Position numbers and translations under genes: made by a program. The notes beneath the pieces are model-generated. The model saw only the letters and a program-made list of their open reading frames with translations, searched no databases and was not told the origin of the DNA. Shown piece after piece: positions 49,649 through 60,436 of a DNA stretch of 64,000 nt. The stretch is from assembly GCA_964270895.1 (NCBI GenBank), contig OZ185435.1, one strand, 5' to 3'. Within the stretch, counting starts at the first letter, position 1. Each line of letters begins with the position of its first letter. This stretch comes from Podarcis filfolensis. Its lineage: Eukaryota.

Positions 49649-50732
49649 GATACAGGAAAGACATTTGAAGCTGGGGCGGGGGGTGTAAGAGAGAGAATAT
49701 GGACAGTGTTGGTGGAATCCTGTAGAAAAAAGGTGTTGCTAATGTTAAAATAAAATTTCCACACATTTTTGTGGGTTTCAGCTATGGATGGGTGAATCCA
49801 TCTATTTTTGGTCCTTGTCACTTTTGCATATGTTCACCTATTTCTTTCTTCTTCATAATCTGTATACCCCCTAACTGTAAATAGAATGTCTTAGCAGTTT
49901 ACTGCTAAGTCCATCCTGTCCCATTTCCACTACAATGGATAATTTATTGATGTGCTTTTGTGTGAGAGAAAAATCTGTACCAAAAATTGTATTTAAATAG
50001 GTGAACATCAAATTCCGGAAGCATCCGGTTTCAACTTACCTGCAGTATACTAGTGAACTTAGACCTGTGACATAGCATATTTAACATTCGGGTTAATCCT
50101 TCCCTTTATTTAAGATTAAGTATTGAAACCAAGTGCAAGCTTTCTCTTCTGATTTGTAAAGTGCTTCCTCGAGATGAGTAACAGTACTTGCATTAATATG
50201 TATAATACTGTAATTGGCATTCCTAATGTGTTGTGATGAGACTTGAAATGGTTCGTTGAGCTGCACACTTTCCAAAAGCTTATTAGAAATGCCTCACACA
50301 TTTAATGCATGGTGACTTATTATGCACTACATAACCAACTCAGTGTAGAATAGGAAGGGGTGGCTGACTTGATACACTGTCACTGTGCTCTGAAAGCCCT
50401 GCAGTTTTCTTTATTTCTTTCCTGCTGGTGTTTCTGCATAGAAAAAAGCCAGTGTTAGCAAGGAATTTAATTTATTTTCAGACTTATCAAAACTGATCAA
50501 ATAATTACCATCTATTAAAGAAGATGCATGAGAGTGCTTTTATTATTGTTGTCTCTTCATAAACAGGATAATTTTTATGTTTATGTGTTTATATTACTTA
50601 TTTTGACTAATATTTTAATATGCTATTTTAATACTTCATCAGAAATAGCAGACTCAAATTCACCTTAGAGATTAACCTTCCTGCCAAGCACATTTCCAGG
50701 AACTATGGTTAAACTATAGAACTTGCTCCCAG

Positions 50733-51008
50733 GGGAGGCAGTAATGACCACCAGCTTTAATGACATTGAAAGAGGATTAGACAAAATTCATGGAGTGGCT
50801 ATTAGCCAAGAAGGCTACGTCCAGCCTCCATGGCTGGAGGCAGTAATGCTTCCGAATGCCAATTGCTGGAAACTGCAGGAGAACAGAGTGTTCTTGTGCT
50901 CATGGCCTGCTTGCAGGTTTCCCACAGGTTGACCACTGCGAGAGCAGAATGCTGGACTAGATGGGCCACTGGCCTGATCCTGCAGGTGCTTTTTGTGTTC
51001 TTATGTTC
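50733..51008 (+). mobile_element. CR1 LINE 3' fragment
   Basis: aaagaggattagacaaattcatgga...gaatgctggactagatgggccactggcctgatcc...ttcttatgttc. Confidence 0.85.
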
Positions 51009-52951
51009 ACCTCCAGTTTTGGAGATTGTTTAGATGGTGGCCGGAGTGTCAGCTGTATGACCAATGGCTAGCACTTTTCCTCTCCGCCATATCATACCTA
51101 TCAAAATCCCTCCACCAGTGCTAGAAATGACCCCCATCTGCCAACTTTCTGTCTCTAGACACTCTACGGCTATACAAAAGATTCTCTCTTCCAAGCTCAT
51201 TCCAAATAGTCCTTTTGCTAATCCTGCCAGTCTGCGTATCCCTACAACCTTTTCTTTTTCTGCTGATCAGAGGCCATTGCATAGAGTTTCCCCTTGACTG
51301 CAACATACTCACAAATTTGCACACTCTTTGATGAGAACACCATTAATTTAAATAGAACAGAGAGCAGGCTTGGCATTTGAAATGGTACCAAGTTCAGAAG
51401 GGAGCAAGATTTCAGCCAGGTGGCAAGCAGCCAGAAGTGATGGGCTAAGATGGAAAAGGTAGGGTTGTAAGATGGAAGAGGACCCTCTGTCCACAGGAAA
51501 CAAAAGCCTTTCTTTTCAGTATTTGAGACATAATCTCAACATACTACTGCACTGAATTCTGATGTCAGATACATAACAGTTTTTTAAAAGGCGATTTGAG
51601 TATCTACTTTTTCCTACTGAGAACATTTGAAACTGACACAGCATGTACCAAGAATGAAGGGGTCCTTTAAATGAACATTCAACCTCCAAATATTTCAGAA
51701 TTCACCCCCCCAAAAAACCCCTAGCCATAATAATAGGGTTACTTCCAGTGGCAGCTGCAACACCCAAACAGCATGGCTTCCTTGTCTATTGTCTTCTCAT
51801 GGTAATAACATCTGTAGATCTCAGGGTGGTTCAAAACATAACAAATACAATATAAAGACACAAAATACATAATAAAAACCCAAACCAAAAAACCCACAAA
51901 CCAATAAACCCGCCTCCCCCCACCCCATTCCACTGATACCTATAGGTTTATAGGAGTGGCGAATTTCTGACCATCAAAAGTTTTGTATAGCATACACTTT
52001 CCCCTAAAATTTGTGCATAATTTAAGTAAGGAAATCATTCAACAGTATGCTTGTACATTTTGGTGGCTTGTATTGGTATCAGCCCTGAAGTTTCTATTAT
52101 GCGTATGATGATTTATTCATTCTGAGTGCTTAGAGAAATATGTCATTGTTTTCTCTCGTTGTTTAAAAAGATTACTTAGAATTAGAAGGAGGGAGAATTA
52201 AAAGATTACACTGAGCAAAGCAGGCTTCCTAGTCACTGAAACCAAAGCATAACCTGAAACAGGAATTTTCCTTTGAAATCTTGCCCTGTAGGCAGCATAT
52301 ACAATGGAAACTAAGATAAAACAGCTCAGCCGCGGAGAATTTAAATGGAAAGGAAAGCCACGATGAAATTTGCCAGTCAAATGGCATTCTCAAATGATGC
52401 CAGTGATCCTATGAGAGTGCACAATTAACCTTTTTATCAGACCTGTATCAAGTGCCTTGAAGGTTGTGATATTTCTCTGTGGAAAACTAATTTTTGAAAC
52501 CTGAGGCTTAAATAATTATGTGAAGAGGAATGTGTGATGATTGAGGCAGCAGAGAGATGATTACAGTTGTTTGCCCACTGGATCTTATGGGCCCAGGTAT
52601 ACTACAGGAGAAAAGACATTCAGAGACTTACTTAACTTTTACTTATCATCCAGTAAAATCTCAGCTCAAGGCCATAATGCGCTCTTTGATCATGCTTTAT
52701 TGTTACAGCATAAAACTATTTTTTTCTCTTATTACATTTATACTCTCTTGATTCTTAAATTCTATTAAATGTTGAGATTTTACGTTTAAAATGAGATTTT
52801 TTCCAAAACCTCTTGTCTGTAGTGTGTGATAGCTAGGTGTGCCTGCCTGCCAGGGGACCCAACTTTGTCTTGCACAGTGAGGTTTCACTTTCCTCTCTTT
52901 TCTATGCTGCCTGCCGTATGACACTCAAATCTGCTATGTAAGCTTGGTGGG

Positions 52952-53436
52952 TGTCAGGGACTGGCAGGGTGCGTTTGAGTGTGCACTGGGGGGGGAGAGG
53001 GGCTGGAGTCTGCCATGGGAAAGGAGGGCAGTGGTCTTTGGGGAGCAGTACCAGCCAGGAGGCAAGAATCAGAGGCAGAGGAAGCTTCAGAGCTGGAGGA
53101 AGAGGCAGGCCAGGCAAGTGAAGGGCTGTGTGCTTCCCCCACCCTCCCCTGCACCACTGTCTCCTAGAACCAGGAGAGAATTGTAGTGCAGAAGCAGCTT
53201 CCACGCAGGTGTAGTCTACAGCTACATGTGCACAGCGTGTCGGGGGGAGGTACATAAACTGGTGGAGGGGGAGTGGTCCCCGAGTTGCTACAACTACTCC
53301 ATAGAGCGCAGACCTGGGAATAGCTGCCTAGAGTGACGCCAATTTGGTGTATGTAGGTCTCCAGAGCTGTAGAAGCAACTGTAAGTGTTCTCTTTGACAA
53401 TAAAAAAGCAGTTTAAAATAATGCTTAATGTTTACA
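52952..53436 (+). mobile_element. Probable solo LTR (Gypsy-like); right boundary uncertain
   Basis: Starts TGTCAGGGA, the same 9 nt as the solo LTR at 57559-57200; TATA-like tacataaa at about 53251; AATAAA 53399-53404; tentative end tttaCA at 53436; no convincing TSD. Confidence 0.55.
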
Positions 53437-54419
53437 TGGCAAATTTGGACATCTCCACTCACCATTTGGATGCATGATAAGGTAAGTAAACATCAGGCAG
53501 GTTGGGTGCAGATTTGCCCCTCACTGAATAGAACTGCTCCTTCCCTTTGAGGAAGGAGCCAGGAATCGGCAAAAGCTCTCCACTGGAGGGGGAAAGAGAG
53601 AGGCATTTTTTACCAATTTCTCCTTACTTCTGAATTCCCCAGTGCTACTTCTTATGCTGTTCCTGAGGTCCCTCTGCAAAAACCTCCCATCTCTAGTGAC
53701 TGGAACACCAATGATTTATACAACCCCATATGTTAGGCAACATTTAGTACATTGCTACTGTAATGATAGCAGGATTCGGACACATAGCAAACACCTTTTA
53801 TATTCTTAGAAAAATATGGTTGCTTTTGATACTTTGGTTGACTTGTGACTCTGCTATGACAATATATTCATGTCTTAATGTGCGTCTTTGAAGCCATGCA
53901 TTTATTTATTTATTTATTGGTATTCCTCTTAAAAAGTCTGGCAATAAATGTATTCTATAATGATTGAAAATTAGCTTTGGTGTTCAACTTCAACCCTTCC
54001 AGCTTTGTATGATTTATATACCAGCTGGCACCCCAAAATGTTTGATGTGTGTGTGGCTTTTGCTAGGTGACAATTACAAGCTATACAGGGCATGAGCTGT
54101 ACTTCTGGCAACCAAGGGTGGGGAAGGCTCCATGTAATCGCCAGTTACGACTGCTAAGTGACTACTGAGAAAGCGTGCACAGGTTATGGGATCTGATATC
54201 CAGGCTATATATCTGTACAGACTTAGATAGCAGCCTGTGCAGGCAAAACTCAGTTAACATAATTTCAACTGCGCAGGCTACTAAATTTTTATTTTTATTT
54301 TTGGCAGCCGCCAAGTTACATCACTTGGATGTTGTGGCATGGATGTGGACTACACATCCCTGCATTCTGTCTGGTTGTGCTTCTCCAGTTTCAAGCCCTA
54401 TTGTTACATATAATAAATA

Positions 54420-54630
54420 CAGTGGTACCTCGGGTTACATACGCTTCAGGTTACAGACTCCGCTAACCCAGAAATATTACCTCGGGTTAAGAACTTTGCT
54501 TCAGGATGAGAACAGAAATCATGCAGAGGCACAGCGGCAGCAGGAAGCCCCATTAGCTAAAGTGGTGCTTCAGGTTAAGAACAGTTTCAGGTTAAGAACA
54601 GACCTCCAGAATGAACCTGAGGTACCATTG
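54420..54630 (-). mobile_element. Tigger-like MITE, inverted relative to 48140 and 58073, with a small deletion
   Basis: TIRs cagtggtacctc / gaggtaccattg; TA TSD. Confidence 0.92.
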
Positions 54631-56860
54631 TACTAGATATGGAAAATAATGCACCTATGTTCATTTTTTAGCCCACTGGCTCGCTCTTTTTAGTCTCCTT
54701 GACACACTCCTGGTGTTTGAAATAGATTTCTGGTGTGAAGCATTTCATACAAAGGGTTTGCTTGATAGGAATGTGTCTGGTAATGAGAATGATTGAAACT
54801 GAAAGAGAAAAGTCAGTCAACCAAAGCATGGCTTTTTTGTAGTCCTTTGGTGGTGGGGAGGCATCTAAGACTACATGGGGAGTCGAAATAAACATTAGGC
54901 CTTTTGAAAGCACTATGCCTTCAGGGCACCCAAGGAAGTCCATTTAAGGCTTACTTTGCTCGGCTTTTACACAGATATATATTTATAAATATATTTGACA
55001 TTCCCTTGAATACACATTCTTCGTTGGAATTCATAATGGAAAGACAGTGCACAGTTAAACACACTTCAGGGCTGTTGAAATCCATGTGCTTAACTGTCTC
55101 TCTTTACATCTGGAGGATAAAGCCATTATTTAGGGAGCAGCAGGGGCAACCCAGCAGGTATAAAGCATACCTAAGTTCTATTGAAATTATTTGAAACTAA
55201 AGTGCATAGCTAAACACTTAAGCAGGCTGCACCTACCTTTTGCTCAGCAAATGAATCTCAGCACAGTTAATCATGCTTAAAATCAGTGGGACCTGCAGAG
55301 AAAACCTAAACTTGTTTACGGAGAAATAAGTCCTACTGAGTTCAGTATTGTTTATTCCATGGTAAGCATATTTAGGACTTTAGCCCAAATTACACGGTGA
55401 ATTTTGTGTACTTATTTCAGTGTCAAGATTTCATCTTCCAGGGCTAAAGAGAAGGGTTGAAGATACTTCAGTTCTCTTATGGTACAATATAATATGGGGA
55501 AGAAATGCTCAGTTGTACAATTGAGGGCAGGACATATGCAGAAGAAGGCTTCTGACGGAGCACATTTTCCCTATTGGATTGGAAACCACATATGAAAAAG
55601 CAGGGACAGCAACTGCCTTGGGCTCCAGGCTTCAGGGGCGCTGTCATGGGCTATCTACTCAACTATCCACTTAACAATTGAAACAAAGAGTGCAAACAGT
55701 TCATCTTCCCTTGTAAAGCTGGCAATGCTAACCTGTGTGGCCAGTGTTAACGTGTGCTTGCTTGTTTTTCATTCGTTTGATTCAGTCAAATCCATGCTTG
55801 CAGATTTAGTCGTTCTATGACAATGATAACTCATGCAAGCAAAAAATCTGTCCATGTTGTAAGGAGTGTGCAAGTGTAACAACAAATAAAATCTCCTCCA
55901 GATGACCAGCTTGTTGAGTATTCATTCTAATGTGGGAGATTAGACAGTGCTGACTATTTACTGAACATTTTTTCTGGTTTATTTGTGGGGAGGTTGTGTT
56001 GTGTTCCTATCCAGTACTTAAGGTGATGTGTTCAGTCCCTGACAGCTAGATTATGGACCACATACACAGTGCTGATGTGGAGGCTGGTTGTGTCAGCTTT
56101 CACAACACTATTCGTTTGAATTGAAGGCTAGGAGCTGAATCCAGTCCATCATTTTCTTCCTTCCCTAACTGTGTGATAAGGACCCATCCCCTCTGCCAGT
56201 AGGTGACCATTTCTGTCAAAGCTGACGCTGCCGTCTATCCTTTTGGCACCCATATGGGCATATCAACATGTGGGCAGCCTGTGTGTGTCTGTATATCTTT
56301 GGTTGGGGTCCAATATGTCAAAGTAAATTAGGCTAATTTAATAAAAAATTAACTTCTGCAATCATGTGATTTTGATGGTTGTTTAGCTGTGTATTCCTCT
56401 ACTATTTTTTTTAAGAAAAGAGGGAAAGGGTGCCAACAGAAACCCTGAACTTCAGTGCCAAAACCTGTATTGAATATCCTGAAGATTTCTTACATTATTT
56501 TGGAAGAGAGGCACTCTGCTGATGTGTAAAAGACTTTTAAAAAGAATTGTAAATTATAACTAAAGAGTTCTGAATTTCTAATTAATTATGAATGCTAATA
56601 TAATTGAGTGTATAAATCTACACTGATTTTTGTATTGTATGGAAAGAATATTTTCTGGATTATGGTGGCTTTTCCATCCTTTTTGGTGGGTGATGTTGCA
56701 AAAAGCAAGCATGCTCATGCAAATTAGGACTTCGGTTGAGAAAGCTGTTCTTTATGTGGTTGCTGCAAATATTGTTGCATAATTTCTCTAGTTAGATGAA
56801 TTGTAAAAATGGTAATGCTGATTTTAGAGCTAAAACTTTTGTATTTGGGAAGGGATTATG

Positions 56861-56976
56861 CCTAATAAATACCAATAAATGAATAATTTAATAAATAAAT
56901 ACAATAAATAAATACCAATAAAATGACCAATAAATATGTGTGTGTGTGTGTGTGCGCACGCACACACACACACACA
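56861..56976 (+). repeat. AATAAA-rich imperfect repeat followed by a (TG)n-(CA)n foldback microsatellite
   Basis: Eight AATAAA hexamers in 56864-56934; (TG)9 at 56937-56954, then (CA)n to 56976. Confidence 0.9.
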
Positions 56977-57149
56977 ATTTTGTTAGTGGGTTGCTTTCTT
57001 TTTTCTGGACAGGCAAAAACAGTGCTTTCTTCGGGGGGGGGGGTGCAGGAGGACGCATACCCCTAAACATTTTGTGAATCTTTGTACTTTTGTCCAGTTA
57101 CTGTATTTATTTTCCCCAATGGTGATTTTCTTGAGTCAAAATGAGAGTA

Positions 57150-57729
57150 CAGTCATACCTCGGGTTACAGACGCTTCAGGTTGTGTTTTTTCGGGTTGCT
57201 GTAAGGGGTTGGTGCTGCCAAAGCTAGCAGAGATAAAACTCCAGGCTCACAGCCAGTTTCTGTCTTGAAGATTTATTTACAAAGTTCAAATGGTTACAAG
57301 AGCTTCAAAGGCATGTCCGTGCCTGTCTCCCTCAGATGCCTCGAATGGCTTTTTCTTACTCCTCCTCCCCCAGCAGGCCAATCGTCGAAAGACCCGCCTC
57401 TTACTTCCTCTGTTCAGTGAATAGCTAGTTCCGGGCTCGGAATCCCCCCTCCCTGTTTCTTCTTCGGAGTCAGATGATAAACTGCTAATAAGCTCTTTCG
57501 GCTCTCTATAAGTGCTAGTCTCCCCCCTCGGCTCTCTAGCCGTTTGCACTTCCCTGACAGTTGCAGACCGCCAAAACCTGGAAGCACCAGAACGGGTTAC
57601 TTCCGGGTTTCAGCACATGCACAGTAGTGCAAAATCGCAACCCACGCATGCACAGACGAGAGTTGCGAATGCTGCAGGTTGTGAACGTGCATCCCACACG
57701 GATCACATTCGCAACCCGAGCGTCCACTG
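57150..57729. mobile_element. Tigger-like MITE (second family) inserted at a TA inside the hAT MITE
   Basis: TA|cagtcatacctcgggtt ... aacccgagcgtccactg|TA; split by a solo LTR. Confidence 0.88.
57200..57559 (-). mobile_element. Solo LTR (Gypsy-like), 360 bp
   Basis: TG...CA ends with inverted termini tgtcaggg / cccttaca; perfect 5-bp TSD gttgc (57195-57199, 57560-57564); minus-strand AATAAA at 57272-57277. Confidence 0.9.
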
Positions 57730-58072
57730 TACCCCCCCCCCTTTTTTTAATATAAGCACTGAGTAAAAGTATGTATACAATCTTCTCTTTCTTTGTGTTT
57801 ATGTTGTTGAATCTACCTTTTTATGGTCATATACCTATAATCTAGTTTGGAACTGGGTTTCAATATTTGTTTTGAGCTATAGGTTAATGCATTCTGGCAT
57901 TTACAGTTCTTTTGTAGTTCGTGTTCATTATATTTGTATATTATCATTTTATTTCTTTGCTGAACTGAATAGTCTTGACCTTTTCCAAAGAGCCAGACTT
58001 TCTATGCCAGAAAATAATTGCCGGTTGTCCATGCTTACTACTTTACTTTTTCTGCTGTGATGTACTTGAGTA

Positions 58073-58297
58073 CAGTGGTACCTCGGGTTAAGAACTTAAT
58101 TCATTCTGGAGGTCCGTTCTTAACCTGAAACTGTTCTTAACCTAAAGACCACTTTAGCTAATGGGGCCTCCTGCTGCCGCTGCACCGCCACTGCGTGATT
58201 TCTGTTATTATCCTGAAGCAAAGTTCTTAACCCGAGGTACTATTTCTGGGTTAGCGGAGTCTGTAACCTGAAGCGTCTGTAAGTGGAGGTACCACTG
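58073..58297 (+). mobile_element. Tigger-like MITE, 225 bp
   Basis: TIRs cagtggtacctc / gaggtaccactg; TA TSD. Confidence 0.92.
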
Positions 58298-59892
58298 TAC
58301 TTGAATTTGGTCTTCATCATAGCCAAATTCTGTAATAATGCTAAAATAGATTCATCAAGCTTGGCAAGTGGGTAAGAGACACTTAGGGTGTTTTTCAGAT
58401 CGCCTTGCTATACTTTTTGATGAACAAAAAAGTGTTTCTTACCTGTGGCTCTTCATCCATTGCATGGCAATGGTCTCGGTGAGAAAGTGGGTGAAAAGTT
58501 CTTCCACTCATCTGTTCATCCATTACCTCCTTTCCATCATTAATGCCATTGTTGTGGGCAGAGCAACACACTTCTTTTGTTGCCCCAAACCATCCACTAC
58601 TTCCAAGTCTCAAATAATGCTTGCCACCCAAAGCCAAAAGTCATATTATGGATGGAAAGATGATTGGCTCTTCCTCCCCAAATCTTCTACAGAGGGTTGG
58701 GAAAAACCTAGAACAGATTTAGGAGGTGCACAGTGGGAGAGGGGAAAGCCCCATTGCACAAGCACAAATCCTTGTGCTGAAGTGCTGAACACTGCATTGG
58801 ATACAAGCCATAGCTTGCAGCATACCAAACAGTGTATAAGCCTCTCCATTTACCTGCTTCCCTCACCCCAATTATCTGTTCTATAATGCTATCCTCTGAT
58901 ATGAAGAGGATTGCATTAATGTCGAGGCAAAATTAGGTGAAATTGGTTGGTGAAATCTTGCCTTTTTCCTGGATTTTCCTTTTCTTCATTATGTTTTTGG
59001 TCATGCTCGAGTGTGATGAAATGTTAATAACTGGATTTTTAATATAATCTTTAATAACGATATTATTTTGCTATAATATATCCTCTATATTGACAATGCC
59101 CCCCCCCGATGACCACCCCAATCATAGAGCATACAATTACAGATAGCCTTGATCATGCAGACTTGTTCTACTGAGTTCATAATCAACACTATCTATGGGC
59201 AGATTTTAATTTCCTTTTACCCATTATGGTGCAGTGAACTATATGATTTATTTTTCCTGCTTCCATTGCCTTCCTATTTTGTATGGTTATTTACCTTATT
59301 CAGAAGGGTTGGTTTGTGTACACTTTTTGAATATCTGTTGAGCATACTTGAAGAAGCAGGCTGGAATCTATTTCCGGTAATGCTAGATAAAAACCTCAAT
59401 GTCCTGTCATGAGGCACTCTATAGCAAAACTACATTAGGCCAAGGGCTAATAACTGCTTCATTGTATCTCACTATATTTGGCATATTTTCCGATACATAA
59501 CATCATACCATGTATTCAGGTCTGCCATCATCTGTAGTTGCCATCATATATGTAAAATGATAATAAGCAAAACCCAAAGTGGTTGGTGAAATACATGTAC
59601 AAACCCATACTTAGCTTGGTTAATAAGCCTTGTTTCCCCTTAAAAGCTTTCTAATGCGACTTTAAGAATGAAGGTGCGTAAGCAAATTGCGGGCAGACTG
59701 ATAACTGCAATTTGGTGTGCAATTACAGATGCATAAGCTTCACTAAGTCTGTTCTTAATACATCAAATATTAAGGGGCAGGGGGGAATATGGCTGAAATG
59801 AGCTTCTTTTGGAAGTAGCTTGAAAGTTTCGCCGCCTTTGATACCGGATGTGTTTTTGGTTTGAAACACATCTGTATGAGCTTCCACTAGAA

Positions 59893-60028
59893 CAGGGATC
59901 GGCAAACTCGGCCCTCCAGATGTTTTGGGACTACAGTTCCCATCATCCCTGACCACTGGTCCTGTTAGCTAGGAATGATGGGAGTTGTAGTCCCAAAACA
60001 TCTGGAGGGCCGAGTTTGCCTATGCCTG
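59893..60028. mobile_element. hAT-Charlie-type foldback MITE, 136 bp
   Basis: About 58-bp near-perfect inverted arms (ggcaaactcggccctccagatgttttgggactaca...); TSD cactagaa / tgctagaa (6/8). Confidence 0.9.
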
Positions 60029-60044
60029 TGCTAGAATGTTTAAA

Positions 60045-60045
<1 letters not shown>

Positions 60046-60093
<48 letters not shown>

Positions 60094-60125
60094 GTATATG
60101 TATATATGTATGTATGTATATATAT
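60046..60125. repeat. (TA)n/(TATG)n microsatellite
   Basis: Visible directly. Confidence 0.97.
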
Positions 60126-60362
60126 GCATGCAGCATCCTATAAGAGAATCCCTTTTTAGAGGTGAATCTGAAACCATAGCAGATATTTTGTGTACTCTGT
60201 TGTGGTATTCTGCCTGAAGAAGCCCACCAGTTTACTGTATTTCATTTTCTGTGTATCTGTGTATCTGTGTATCCGATCCCTGGACGCTCTCTGGAATCCC
60301 TCTGGCTTTCACTCTCCCCCTCCAGTACTGATGGCAGTTCCCTGACAGAAATGTAGCATATC

Positions 60363-60436
60363 CAGTGCTTTTTTGTGATGGCACTCACAAGTATGGAGGA
60401 CCAGCACCTCTCTTTTTTTTACCAAAAAAAGCACTG
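60363..60436. mobile_element. hAT micro-MITE, CAGTGCTTTTTT family (74 bp)
   Basis: Perfect 12-bp TIRs cagtgctttttt / aaaaaagcactg; TSD agcatatc / agcatgtc (7/8). Confidence 0.9.

Larger units (their letters stand above)
57020..57761. mobile_element. hAT MITE of the CAGTGCTTT family, interrupted by nested insertions
   Basis: TIRs cagtgcttt / aagcactg; internal gcatacccctaaacattttgtgaatc matches 28144-28279 in reverse; degenerate TSD ggcaaaaa / agtaaaag. Confidence 0.8.

Noticed and set aside
54175-54636. 153-aa ORF
   Set aside because: Half lies in a Tigger MITE; no transposase motifs.
58368-58886. 172-aa ORF from a GTG start
   Set aside because: No recognisable domain, and the 3' part overlaps an interspersed repeat.
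59030-59410. Possible LINE 3' fragment on the minus strand (similar case at 18755-18940)
   Set aside because: T-rich end is suggestive, but there is no TSD or convincing protein motif.
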